Source: an uncultured Eubacteriales bacterium (GTDB taxonomy: Bacteria > Bacillota > Clostridia > Oscillospirales > Oscillospiraceae). From it: a stretch of DNA of 64,000 nucleotides. The stretch spans positions 40,112 to 104,111 of the forward strand of contig ONGR01000002.1 in NCBI GenBank assembly GCA_900317425.1, read 5' to 3'. The notes beneath the pieces were generated by a model, which saw only the letters and a list, made by a program, of their open reading frames with translations, was not told the origin of the DNA and searched no databases. Below are positions 48,536-57,664 of the stretch, piece after piece (position 1 is the stretch's first letter; every line of letters starts with the position of its first letter). Made by a program: the position numbers and the translations under genes.

Positions 48536-49737
48536 GATACTGTCACCTCGATTCCCAGTTTTTGCAATCGCGTATAATAATCCGGCAGACTCTTCTCAAC
48601 GGCCTCTGCGCCATCGATCACGCCGCCTGTTCTCGTCGCCAGCACAGCCAGCGCCATGGCAATGCGATGGTCGTCATGGCTCCACAGGGGCTCCGCAGGA
48701 GGTCGGAGGGCGGCGGGGTGGATGGTCATTTTGTTCTCGCTGATCTCAGACATGACGCCGAATTTGGCCAGTTCCTCCGCCATGGCGGCGCAGCGGTCAC
48801 TTTCCTTCATTCGCAGGCGGCGGATTCCGGTAAACACGGCGCCGTGCAGCGCCCCGGCCAGTGCCATGCACATCGGCCCCAGATCGGGACAAGAGGACAA
48901 ATCAATGGAAGGAGCTCCTTTCTGCAAGGCTGCAAAAAACTCCTGGCATACCTTGTCCCCCTGCAAACTGTCCGGCAGCAGACCGGAGACGGAGACGTGA
49001 TCGCCCAGTACATTCAGTGCCAGGAAAAAGGCTGCGTTGGACCAGTCGCCTTCGATCATGATCTCTTGCGGTATATAGTGCTGTCCACCTGGAACGTGGA
49101 TGGAATTGCCGGAAAAAACAGCGTCCACGCCGAAAGAAGACAGCATGGCGAGCGTCATTTCGATATACGGACGGCTCTCCACGGGAGGAGTGATCTCAAT
49201 GGTACTGCTGCCCGGAAGCAGAGGAAGAGCGAAGAGCAGTCCGCTGACAAACTGGCTGCTGACGTCGCCGGGGATCTCAAATCGTCCCGGCACCAGAGGG
49301 CCGCGAATATCGAGCTGCCTGGGCCGGAGGTGGAAGGGCAAACCCTGGAGTGCGCAGATATCTCGATAGACAGAGAGCGGCCGTTCCATCAGCCTGACAA
49401 CGCCTGTAAAGCGTATAGACTTGTCGGATAAAAGAGCCACGGGAACAAGAAAACGCAGCGTACTGCCGCTGGCGCGGCAGGAGAGAGCGGCGCCGTCCGG
49501 AATTGTTTTCGGGTCAAGCCCGGTGACCTCTGCTATGCCGTTCCGGCAGTCAATACCGGCTCCGAGAGCGCGAAGGCAATCCATGGTGGCCAGCAGGTCC
49601 TGAGAGGGAGCCACGCTGCGCACCGTGCTGACACCGCCGGAAAGAGCGGCGCAGATCAGCGCTCTGTGGGCGTAACTCTTCGACGGGGGAGCGGTCATTG
49701 TGCCGCACGCGGCGGAGGGGGAAACTGTCACTTGCAT
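48532..49737 (-). CDS. aroA: 3-phosphoshikimate 1-carboxyvinyltransferase (EPSP synthase)
   Basis: PPSKSYAHRALICAAL, and LRMKESDR...DHRIAMA near the C-terminus. Confidence 0.9.
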   Translation of the reverse strand: MQVTVSPSAACGTMTAPPSKSYAHRALICAALSGGVSTVRSVAPSQDLLATMDCLRALGAGIDCRNGIAEVTGLDPKTIPDGAALSCRASGSTLRFLVPVALLSDKSIRFTGVVRLMERPLSVYRDICALQGLPFHLRPRQLDIRGPLVPGRFEIPGDVSSQFVSGLLFALPLLPGSSTIEITPPVESRPYIEMTLAMLSSFGVDAVFSGNSIHVPGGQHYIPQEIMIEGDWSNAAFFLALNVLGDHVSVSGLLPDSLQGDKVCQEFFAALQKGAPSIDLSSCPDLGPMCMALAGALHGAVFTGIRRLRMKESDRCAAMAEELAKFGVMSEISENKMTIHPAALRPPAEPLWSHDDHRIAMALAVLATRTGGVIDGAEAVEKSLPDYYTRLQKLGIEVTVS

Positions 49738-50168
49738 ACGGACTTGGCCTCCACAAGATAATCCATGGCTTCCAGATACCCGTCGATCCCGTGACCGATA
49801 ATGGCCTTGCAGCAGGCGGTACGGACGTAACTGACCTGCCGGAAGGGTTCCCGACTCGACAGATCGGACAGGTGCACCTCTACCGTGGGGATCCCCACGG
49901 CCTTCACCGCGTCCAGAATGGCGATGCTGGTGTGGGTATAGGCGGCGGGGTTGAGCACGATGCCGTCTGCCACACCGTAGGCGGCCTGGATCTTGTCCAC
50001 CAGATCACCCTCGTGGTTGGACTGAAAGATCTCCACGTCGATACCCCGTCTGGCTGCGTATGCCGTCACAAGGCGGCACAGATCATCGTAGGTCTGTGTT
50101 CCGTAGACTTCCGGTTCCCGGATGCCAAGCATGTTGATATTGGGACCGTTGATCACAAGTAGTTTCAT
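49728..50168 (-). CDS. aroQ: Type II 3-dehydroquinate dehydratase
   Basis: MKLLVINGPNINMLGIREPEVYG, and FQSNHEGDLVDKIQ. Confidence 0.93.
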   Translation of the reverse strand: MKLLVINGPNINMLGIREPEVYGTQTYDDLCRLVTAYAARRGIDVEIFQSNHEGDLVDKIQAAYGVADGIVLNPAAYTHTSIAILDAVKAVGIPTVEVHLSDLSSREPFRQVSYVRTACCKAIIGHGIDGYLEAMDYLVEAKSVCK

Positions 50169-50172
50169 GGCG

Positions 50173-51414
50173 TCACTCCTCGCAGAAGGCTTTTACCGTG
50201 GCTGCGGCGGTATCATCGATATCGCCGGTTACCGGGACGGTAACGTCCGTTACCGTCTGATAGACTTTGTGTCTGGCTTTGTAGAGCCACTCTATTTTTT
50301 TCATCGAATCAGCCAGCGGACGGTCAGCTGTTGGGACAAGATCACAAAGCGGGCGATCCAGGAAGATCAGTCTGCCGTTCATCCGCAGGTTTTCCACGTT
50401 TTCGACGTGCAGGACACAGCCGCCGCCGGTGGCGATCACAAGACCGTTTTGCGACGCGACCTCCCGCACAACATCGCCCTCGATCCGGCGAAATACCGCC
50501 TCGCCGTCCTGGGAGAAGATAGCGGGAATTGGTTTTCCGGCCCGAGCCGTGATGACTTCATCCAGATCCACAAGAGGGCGACTCAGCAGCTCGGCGGCTT
50601 TCCGGCCAGCGGAGGTCTTTCCGCTGCCTGGCATGCCGATCAGAACAAGATTCCGTTTCTGACGGAGCAGCTGACCGTAGATCCTCTCAGCGGCATCCGG
50701 TTCACAAGGCGCGCCGGTGAAGAGCTCTGCCGCCGCCACAGCCTGGGATACGAGCATATAGAGCCCGCCGGCTGCGGGGATCCCCAGTTCACGGGCTTTC
50801 AGGACCAGACGGGAGGAGAGGGGGTTAAAAACGGCGTCCACCACGCCGGATAGATGCTCAAAGCGGGACGGATCGATGGGACACTCCCCGGTGCTGGGAT
50901 ACATGCCGCAGGGTGTGGTATTGATCAACACATCCGCGTCCGTGTGGAATGTGATCGCTTCATCGTAGGTGATGACACCGTCCGTTTTCCGGCGGCTGAC
51001 CCGCAGGATCTCGGCCGCACCGAGGTTCCGGGCAACGGCCGAGGCTGTTTGGCTGGTGCCGCCGGTGCCCAGGATCAGCACCTTCCTGCCGGATAGATCC
51101 AGGCGCATCCGGCGGATCAGCGCCTGCATGCCGCCGAAATCGGTGTTATAACCCCAGAGAAAACCGTTTCGGTTGACCACGGTATTCACCGCGCCGATCC
51201 CGGCCGCCGCGTCGCTGATACGGTCGAGACAGGGGATCACCGCCTGCTTATAGGGTATGGTCACGTTGATTCCCCGAAAGTTCCTGGCCCTCATGAAGGC
51301 ATCCAACCCGTTTTTCGGCACCTCACGGAGCTCGTACTCATACCGGCCGATCAGACGGTGTATTTCCGGGGAAAAGCTGTGACCCAGGTGCTCGCCGATG
51401 CAGCCGTAGTTCAT
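50173..51414 (-). CDS. Fused shikimate dehydrogenase / shikimate kinase
   Basis: N-terminal AroE (HSFSPEIH, NVTIPYK, GAVNT, LGTGGTS). C-terminal AroK P-loop (LIGMPGSGKTSAGR). ATG 51414 overlaps the aroC stop. Confidence 0.85.
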   Translation of the reverse strand: MNYGCIGEHLGHSFSPEIHRLIGRYEYELREVPKNGLDAFMRARNFRGINVTIPYKQAVIPCLDRISDAAAGIGAVNTVVNRNGFLWGYNTDFGGMQALIRRMRLDLSGRKVLILGTGGTSQTASAVARNLGAAEILRVSRRKTDGVITYDEAITFHTDADVLINTTPCGMYPSTGECPIDPSRFEHLSGVVDAVFNPLSSRLVLKARELGIPAAGGLYMLVSQAVAAAELFTGAPCEPDAAERIYGQLLRQKRNLVLIGMPGSGKTSAGRKAAELLSRPLVDLDEVITARAGKPIPAIFSQDGEAVFRRIEGDVVREVASQNGLVIATGGGCVLHVENVENLRMNGRLIFLDRPLCDLVPTADRPLADSMKKIEWLYKARHKVYQTVTDVTVPVTGDIDDTAAATVKAFCEE

Positions 51415-52511
51415 CGTCTGCCACCTCTCAGATAATCGGTGCCGTACCGTCCCGTCAGCAAATCGCACAGCACCAGTGCTGTCACGCTGTCCACCACCAC
51501 ACGGGCGCGATGGATGATGGCGGGATCATGCCGCCCGCTGATTTGCAGGGTGGTGGTCTCCATGGCGGAAAAACTCAACGTCTGCTGCGGCTTACGGATG
51601 GAAGGTGTAGGCTTCACCATGCAGCGGAACAGAACGGGCATTCCGTTGCTGATACCGCCGTTGACGCCGCCGTTGTGATTGGTCTTCGTGATAATATGGC
51701 CGTCTTCTGCCGCAAAACAGTCGTTGAAGCGGCTGCCGCATTCGTCTGCCATGTCGAACCCGGCGCCGAACTGCACACCCTTGACAGCCGGAATACTGAA
51801 CAGGGCGTGGGACAGAAGTCCCTCCACCGTGTCAAACCACGGCTCGCCCACACCGACAGGAAGGCCGGCAACAGCGGTCTCCAGTACGCCGCCCACGCTG
51901 TCACCCTCAGCGGCGACCTGCTCGATCCTGTGGCGCATGGAGTCAGCTGCCGTGCCATCCAGCACGGCAAATTGTGCCGCGTTCAGCCGCGGGATATCCA
52001 CGTCCAGATCGTCAAAAGCACGGTCTGACACGCCGCCGCAGCGGAGGATATGAGTGCCGATCATAATTCCTTTGGCTCGCAGGGCGGAAATGGCGATGGC
52101 GCCGGCGGCGACGATGGGGGCGGTCAGACGGCCGCTGAAATGACCGCCGCCCCGGTAATCCTGAAAACCGTGATACTTGCATTCAGCCACATAATCCGCA
52201 TGGCCGGGCCGCGGCGTGTGCCGTATCGTTTCATAGTCACGACTGTCAGCATCCTCGTTGGGGATGGTGATGCAGAGGGGGGTGCCGGTGGTGTAGCCGT
52301 TGTATACGCCGCTGACGATAGAAAAGTGATCCGACTCCCGGCGCTGGGTACCGATCCGGCCGAACGGACGGCGCAGCTCAAGCTGAGCGGCGATAAAGTC
52401 CTCGTCTACCCGGATGCCGGGCGCCAGTCCATCCAGCACGGCGCCGATCAAACGGCCGTGGCTCTCGCCGAACAGCGTCAGAGTGAGATTTTGTCCAAAG
52501 CTGTTTTTCAA
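51411..52511 (-). CDS. aroC: Chorismate synthase
   Basis: FGESHG, RPGHADY and GRHDP motifs. Confidence 0.93.
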   Translation of the reverse strand: MKNSFGQNLTLTLFGESHGRLIGAVLDGLAPGIRVDEDFIAAQLELRRPFGRIGTQRRESDHFSIVSGVYNGYTTGTPLCITIPNEDADSRDYETIRHTPRPGHADYVAECKYHGFQDYRGGGHFSGRLTAPIVAAGAIAISALRAKGIMIGTHILRCGGVSDRAFDDLDVDIPRLNAAQFAVLDGTAADSMRHRIEQVAAEGDSVGGVLETAVAGLPVGVGEPWFDTVEGLLSHALFSIPAVKGVQFGAGFDMADECGSRFNDCFAAEDGHIITKTNHNGGVNGGISNGMPVLFRCMVKPTPSIRKPQQTLSFSAMETTTLQISGRHDPAIIHRARVVVDSVTALVLCDLLTGRYGTDYLRGGRR

Positions 52512-53791
52512 CCCTCGTCCGCTCCTTTCTCAATGAGATGGAGTCTCTCCATCAATTCCTCCGGCTTGGCCCGGCGCATGGTAAACCGTCCGATCTCCGT
52601 CACCTCTGTGACGGTGATGCGGCCTGCGTCACTCTTTTTATCGTGGCACAGCGCGTGGCGGATACGTGCTCGATCCAGCTCACAGGAGGTGGGGAGATCC
52701 AGCCGCTTCAGCAGCGATACCAGACGGGTAGCCGCATCGGGCCTGCACATGGGGATCATGCCCAGTGCCACGCACTCGCCGTGCAGCAGCTCCGGACGTG
52801 TGGCCTCGATGGCGTGGCCGATGGTATGGCCGAAGTTCAACACACGCCGCAGGCCGTTTTCCTTCTCGTCAGCGGCAACAATTTGCGCCTTGATGGCCAA
52901 TGCGCGCTCGATGACGGGGCTGAGATCCATGATAGGGTCCGTGCATTCCAGCATGGTAAAGAGATCCCGGTCACAGGTCATGGCCATTTTGACCACCTCT
53001 GCCAGGCCGGCCGAAAGCTGCCGTCGGGGAAGAGTAGCCAAAACGTCCGGGTCGATCAGTACCCTTCTGGGCCGGGAGAACGTACCTATGGGGTTTTTCA
53101 CGCCGTCAAAATTGATGGCTGTCTTGCCGCCGACGGAGGAATCTACCTGGGCCAGCAGGGTGGTGGGGACATTGTAAAAATCGATGCCCCGCATATAGAT
53201 GGAGGCGGCAAACCCGGCCAGATCACCCGCCATGCCGCCGCCCACAGCCACCACGCAATCGTGCCTCGTGAGGCCGAAGTCCAGCATCTTTTTCAATAGT
53301 TGCTCCAGGGCGGCGAATGATTTGCTGCCCTCGCCACGGGGCACGGTAAAAACGGATGCATTGCCGCACTGTCCGGCAAGGGTATCGGCGTAACGGACCG
53401 GCACGCCGTCGTCTGTGACGATCAGAACGTTCCGCTGCAGGTCAAGATACTCTGCTGCTCGGGTCAGGCTGCCGCGCTCCAGAATCACGTCGCAGCCGGG
53501 CACGGAGCAGGCGCCTGTCTCCTCATCTGACAATGAGGCCTGGTATTTCTTGGATATATCCATCAGCCCCTGCTGGAAGGCGGTGTAGTAGGGGAGAAGC
53601 GCTGCGTCGGAGAGATTGACCGCGTTACGGGATATCACGTCCGATTCCCGGCCTCTGTCGAGTATGGGGAGACCGTTCTCGCGTTTAAAAGTCCCGATAC
53701 GACGGGCGAGTTCCATGCGCCTTTCAAACAGCTCCGCCATGTCCCGGTCAATGCAATTGATGTCTGCGCGCAGCTGATCCAGCTTGTCCAT
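52508..53791 (-). CDS. aroB: Fused chorismate mutase (AroQ class) / 3-dehydroquinate synthase
   Basis: The first ~90 aa are CM_2-like (LRADINCIDRDMAELFERRMELARRIGTFKRENGLPILDRGRE). The rest is AroB (GGGMAGDLAGFAAS, VPTTLLAQVDSSVGGKTAINF, NFGHTIGHAIE). Confidence 0.85.
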   Translation of the reverse strand: MDKLDQLRADINCIDRDMAELFERRMELARRIGTFKRENGLPILDRGRESDVISRNAVNLSDAALLPYYTAFQQGLMDISKKYQASLSDEETGACSVPGCDVILERGSLTRAAEYLDLQRNVLIVTDDGVPVRYADTLAGQCGNASVFTVPRGEGSKSFAALEQLLKKMLDFGLTRHDCVVAVGGGMAGDLAGFAASIYMRGIDFYNVPTTLLAQVDSSVGGKTAINFDGVKNPIGTFSRPRRVLIDPDVLATLPRRQLSAGLAEVVKMAMTCDRDLFTMLECTDPIMDLSPVIERALAIKAQIVAADEKENGLRRVLNFGHTIGHAIEATRPELLHGECVALGMIPMCRPDAATRLVSLLKRLDLPTSCELDRARIRHALCHDKKSDAGRITVTEVTEIGRFTMRRAKPEELMERLHLIEKGADEG

Positions 53792-53811
53792 TGTGATCCC
53801 TCCCTGGAATG

Positions 53812-53856
53812 GTGTTGAAAAGGAAAAGCGGTTCCGTATGAAACAGAACCGCTTTC
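53812..53856 (-). terminator. Terminator-like hairpin between the DUF3048 gene and the aro operon
   Basis: Minus strand AAAGCGGTTC ... GAACCGCTTT followed by TCCTTTTC. It ends about 20 nt before the aro operon ATG. Confidence 0.55.
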
Positions 53857-53903
53857 AAACCGAACGGAAAGGTTATCTTTTCGCGGCAATGAGCAACGAA
53901 GCC

Positions 53904-55244
53904 TTATTCGTAGGACAGGCCTGCATCGTGGGCGATGACGCACACGTAGGTGTGGCCCACCTGCAGATCCAGAGGCGTGCCGTCGGCATGGTAGTAGACA
54001 AAGGGATCATACATGGAATCCTTCTCCCAGGTGATCTCCTCGCACTTGCCTCCGCAGAAGTACATACCGCTGTCGCTGCCCTGCAGATCGATGACCATGT
54101 GGCCGGAGCTGTCGCCGCTGTTATAGACGGTGGTGCGCAGGACCAACAGGTTGGTCACACCGACCTGCTCGTTGGTGTTGCCGTCGATATAGGGGGAGCC
54201 ATACTCATTGATCATGTAGAGCCCCGTGTCGGCGTTATAGTCAAATTCACCGGTCTTGTAGTTGGAGAAGCGCACGTACACGTGCTCGGCGGTCTCACCG
54301 TTTTTCGGCGTGCCGTCCTCCACGTACTGAATGGGGTAGGAATAGTCGTCGTAATGATCCCGGCGGAAGTTCCGGGCATCCAGGAAATTGGCGATGGACT
54401 CGCCGGAGGTCATCAGCGTGTGCTCCCAGGCACGGGTCTCGTACCGGCCATAGTCGCGCCAGTAGACGTCATAGTTCTCGTCAATATGGTCCATGCCCAG
54501 GTTATACATCATGTTGTCGGCTTCCGTACTGCCGCCGCAGTGGAAGTAGATGGCGTCCATGCCGAGGACGGTCTCCACGAAGCAGGCGCGGGCACTGCGG
54601 ATCGAGCCGATGACACCCACCTTAGAGGGATCGAAGAAGAAGCCCACCATACGGGTGATGCCGCCTTCCACGTTATACTCAAAGATCATGTCCGCCTGGG
54701 ACACACCGTGTTGGGGCATGGCGTCATAGTGGTTGTTCAGCATGACCGCCACCGGACGCCGGTTGACAAGGGAAGGATCGTCTATCTGCTCGCCGGTAAG
54801 GGGATTGATGTAGACGGGAGCAGCCTCGTAGCTGTTGTTGAATGTGATATCGTCAGGATAGCTGACAACGGCGCTGAGTACGTTGTCGTTTTCATCGTAT
54901 GTCACGGTGACGGTGACGGCGATAGTCTTATCGTCGTAGGTAACGTCTTCCAGGGTGCCCTTCACCTCGGTGACAGTATAGTCATAGGTGCCGGCCTCGG
55001 TATAGGTGAGGGAGTCGAAGCTGACCTTGCCTGCTGCGTCATTGGCAGCGGTGCTCACCAGCTTCCCATTGGAGTCCTTCAGTTCAAAGCTGAACTCCCC
55101 GGCATTCAGGTCACGTCCGGCGAGGGCCTCGTTCACACTGATGACGGCCTTGACCGGTTCCGGTTCCGGTTTCTTCCCGCCGCAGGCCGCGAAGGTCAGC
55201 AGCAGCATAAAGGCCATCAGTCCACATACGAATCTTTTCCACAT
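53904..55244 (-). CDS. Lipoprotein: Spy0128/FctA-like pilin-fold domain fused to DUF3048 (YerB-like)
   Basis: Lipobox LTFAAC|GG. GRDLNAGEFSFELKDSNG...ANDAAGKVSF...GTYDYTVTEV...VTYDDKT...VTVTV...FNNSY is pilin isopeptide-domain-like. The remainder (RRPVAVMLNNH..., GITRMVGFFF) is DUF3048-like. Confidence 0.7.
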   Translation of the reverse strand: MWKRFVCGLMAFMLLLTFAACGGKKPEPEPVKAVISVNEALAGRDLNAGEFSFELKDSNGKLVSTAANDAAGKVSFDSLTYTEAGTYDYTVTEVKGTLEDVTYDDKTIAVTVTVTYDENDNVLSAVVSYPDDITFNNSYEAAPVYINPLTGEQIDDPSLVNRRPVAVMLNNHYDAMPQHGVSQADMIFEYNVEGGITRMVGFFFDPSKVGVIGSIRSARACFVETVLGMDAIYFHCGGSTEADNMMYNLGMDHIDENYDVYWRDYGRYETRAWEHTLMTSGESIANFLDARNFRRDHYDDYSYPIQYVEDGTPKNGETAEHVYVRFSNYKTGEFDYNADTGLYMINEYGSPYIDGNTNEQVGVTNLLVLRTTVYNSGDSSGHMVIDLQGSDSGMYFCGGKCEEITWEKDSMYDPFVYYHADGTPLDLQVGHTYVCVIAHDAGLSYE

Positions 55245-55288
55245 AGTGCAATCCTCCCGCAGAAAAATGTCCTCTTTATGATGGTAAT

Positions 55289-55317
55289 ATCATACCATAT
55301 GAAAGCGATAATTGCAA
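55289..55317 (-). promoter_or_regulatory. Sigma-A promoter (extended -10) of the DUF3048 gene
   Basis: Minus strand TTGCAA, 17 nt (ending in TGg), TATGAT. Confidence 0.5.
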
Positions 55318-55407
55318 TTCCATGTATGAGAAAATTTGCCGTCCCCCTGTACAAAACGGAAAAATTTCGTATAATATAGGAGTAGATCCAAGATGGAGGT
55401 GTAAAAA

Positions 55408-55938
55408 ATGGGCGTCGGTTTTATCCGGGACAAGCTGGAGATCAAGTTTTTGATTTTGTATATTGCCGCGCGTGTGATTGAGCCGCTTCCCATGGAGGGA
55501 ATGCAGGAACTGACGATGTGCGACGACGGCATCGACTATTTTGACTTTTCCGAGTGCCTCAACGATCTGGTGCGTACCGAGCATCTCCGGCTGACGGAGC
55601 AGCAGACTTACTGTATCACGCCCAAGGGAATCAAAAACAGCGAGATCTGCGAGTCCAGCCTTCCGTATTCCATCCGCGTGCGTACCGATAAGAACGTAGC
55701 GGCCTATAACCAGAAGCTGCTGCGCCGGTCCCAGGTACGCAGTCGCGTGGAGCCCCGGGAAAACGGGACCTATACAGTGGAACTTTCACTGAGCGACGAT
55801 ATGTCCAGCGTGATGCGCCTGCAGCTTTTGGTGGCGACGCAGGAGATGGCCCAGGACTTGGCTGACCGGTTCCAGAAGAATCCCGAGGAGGTCTACTCCA
55901 GGCTTCTCACCGCACTTTATCAATCTCAGGACAAGTAA
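55408..55938 (+). CDS. DUF4364-family (winged-helix-like) protein
   Basis: N-terminus DKLEIKFLILYIA... and size match my recollection of DUF4364. Located upstream of spoIIIA. Confidence 0.5.
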   Translation: MGVGFIRDKLEIKFLILYIAARVIEPLPMEGMQELTMCDDGIDYFDFSECLNDLVRTEHLRLTEQQTYCITPKGIKNSEICESSLPYSIRVRTDKNVAAYNQKLLRRSQVRSRVEPRENGTYTVELSLSDDMSSVMRLQLLVATQEMAQDLADRFQKNPEEVYSRLLTALYQSQDK

Positions 55939-55956
55939 ACACAATATCTGACAAGT

Positions 55957-55990
55957 AAAATCCCTGTACAGCGTGTACAGGGATTTTTTT
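55957..55990 (+). terminator. Rho-independent terminator after the DUF4364 gene
   Basis: AAAATCCCTGTACA/TGTACAGGGATTTT stem followed by a T-run. Confidence 0.8.
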
Positions 55991-55997
55991 GTTTGCG

Positions 55998-56027
55998 GTC
56001 ATACCGAAGGACAACCTGTCATAGAGT
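55998..56027 (+). promoter_or_regulatory. Candidate sigma-E-type promoter of the spoIIIA operon
   Basis: gtcATAcc, 14 nt, CATAGAGT (compare the sigma-E -10 CATACAnT), placed 29 nt before the spoIIIAA start. Confidence 0.35.
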
Positions 56028-56048
56028 AGAGCATCATACGGGAAGGAT

Positions 56049-56978
56049 GTGGAGGACTTGGAAAAGACCGATGAGCTCAACCGATTTGCCCAGGCGGTCC
56101 GTCTGCTGCCGCTGCGGTGGCAGCGCGGAGCGGAACAGCTGACCGACGGAGAAAAAATGCAGGCGGAGGAGTTTCGTCTGCGGGCCGGTCAGCCGGTGAC
56201 GGTGCTGCTGCCGGAGGGGGAGGCGCACCTGCCCAGCGGCCGGGAAACGTGCGTCACGAACGGGGATCTGGAGCAGATGTGTGACAAGATCACCGGCTAT
56301 TCCCGCTACGCCGTCACGGAGACTCTGCGGCAGGGTTATCTGACGGCCGAGGGAGGGTTTCGGATCGGAGTATGCGGGACGGCGGTGATGGACGAGGGCG
56401 TCAACACCAACCTGCGCAGCATCTCCTCCATGACCATCCGCCTGAGCCGCCAGCGCAAAGGGGTTGCAGAGGATATCCTGCCTCAGCTATTCTCTGACGG
56501 CCGCCTGGAAAACACGCTGATCCTGTCGCCGCCCGGTCTGGGAAAGACGACAGTTCTACGGGACCTGATCCGTCTGTTCTCCGACGGAACGAAGGAGAAT
56601 TCTCCCATGCGCGTGGCTGTGGTGGACGAGCGCGGAGAGATCGCCGTTATGCAGAAAGGAGTACCGCAGATGGACGTGGGACGCCATACCGACGTTCTGG
56701 ACGGATGTCCCAAGGCCATCGCCATTCCCATGCTGCTGCGCGCCTGCAACCCGCAGCTGATCGCCGTGGACGAGATCACAGCCCCGGAAGACCTGGCCGC
56801 CATGGTCTCCGCCGCCAACTGCGGCGTGGGACTGCTGGCCACCATACACGCTTCGGAGCAGGACGATCTGCAATCAAAGCCGCTGTTCCGGCAGCTTTTG
56901 GAACTGCAGATCTTCCGAAAAACCGTCACTATCCGCTCACGGGACGGCGTGCGGAGCTATCAGGCGGAGTCCCTGTGA
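56049..56978 (+). CDS. spoIIIAA: Stage III sporulation protein AA (ATPase)
   Basis: Walker A SPPGLGKTT, Walker B AVDE. First of eight colinear spoIIIA genes. Start is uncertain (GTG 56049 or TTG 56058). Confidence 0.88.
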   Translation: MEDLEKTDELNRFAQAVRLLPLRWQRGAEQLTDGEKMQAEEFRLRAGQPVTVLLPEGEAHLPSGRETCVTNGDLEQMCDKITGYSRYAVTETLRQGYLTAEGGFRIGVCGTAVMDEGVNTNLRSISSMTIRLSRQRKGVAEDILPQLFSDGRLENTLILSPPGLGKTTVLRDLIRLFSDGTKENSPMRVAVVDERGEIAVMQKGVPQMDVGRHTDVLDGCPKAIAIPMLLRACNPQLIAVDEITAPEDLAAMVSAANCGVGLLATIHASEQDDLQSKPLFRQLLELQIFRKTVTIRSRDGVRSYQAESL

Positions 56979-57451
56979 AGCTCGCAGGGACAGCTCTGAT
57001 CCTGCTGGGCAGCCTGGGGGGCTTTCTCGGGTACTCCATAGCGCAGCGACAGGAATTGAATCTGCTGCGGGATATCATCGCGGCGTTGGGGACGTTGGAG
57101 AGCAGCATCCGCTGGAAGAAGCTGCCGCTTCCGGATGGGATCAGAGAGCTGGCGGCCCGGCAAATCAGCGGGAAATATTTTGCTGAAATAGATCATTTAG
57201 TGACAGGAGGAAGCACTTTACAGAAAGCTTGGAACAAAGTGTTCCGGGAGATCGATCCGGAATCGGCAGATATCCTTTGCCGCATGGAATGGCAGGGGGA
57301 TACGGAACAGATCGAAGGCTGCCTGCGCCACTGCGCCGAGCAGCTGAAAGCGCGGCAGACGGAGCGGCAGAGTTCGCTGCACCAGCGAGAAAGGCTCTGT
57401 GGGGCGGCAACCTTGTCGGCGGCGGGAATACTGATCATTTTACTGATGTAA
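56975..57451 (+). CDS. spoIIIAB: Stage III sporulation protein AB
   Basis: GTG 56975 overlaps the AA stop. N-terminal TM, about 158 aa, operon position. Confidence 0.8.
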   Translation: MKLAGTALILLGSLGGFLGYSIAQRQELNLLRDIIAALGTLESSIRWKKLPLPDGIRELAARQISGKYFAEIDHLVTGGSTLQKAWNKVFREIDPESADILCRMEWQGDTEQIEGCLRHCAEQLKARQTERQSSLHQRERLCGAATLSAAGILIILLM

Positions 57452-57467
57452 CGGAAAGGGTCACAGG

Positions 57468-57662
57468 ATGGACGTAGATCTGATATTTAAAATCGCCGCT
57501 GTGGGAATCCTTGTGGCGGTGCTTAACCAGCTGCTGGTCCGCAGCGGACGGGAGGAGCAGGCTATGATGACGACGCTGGCGGGCCTCGTGGTGGTGATGA
57601 TGATCCTGCTGCAGAAGATCAGCGAGCTTTTTCATCTGGTCAAGACGCTGTTCGGACTGTAG
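57468..57662 (+). CDS. spoIIIAC: Stage III sporulation protein AC
   Basis: 64 aa, two TM helices. IFKIAAVGILVAVLNQLL...GREEQA is the typical SpoIIIAC signature. Confidence 0.88.
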   Translation: MDVDLIFKIAAVGILVAVLNQLLVRSGREEQAMMTTLAGLVVVMMILLQKISELFHLVKTLFGL

Positions 57663-57664
57663 CG

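Noticed and set aside
56705-56974. Upstream extension of spoIIIAB (the 248-aa ORF-track entry)
   Set aside because: It overlaps the spoIIIAA 3' end in another frame and gives Arg/Gly/Ala-rich sequence. GTG 56975 overlaps the spoIIIAA stop and yields the expected TM-led protein of about 158 aa.
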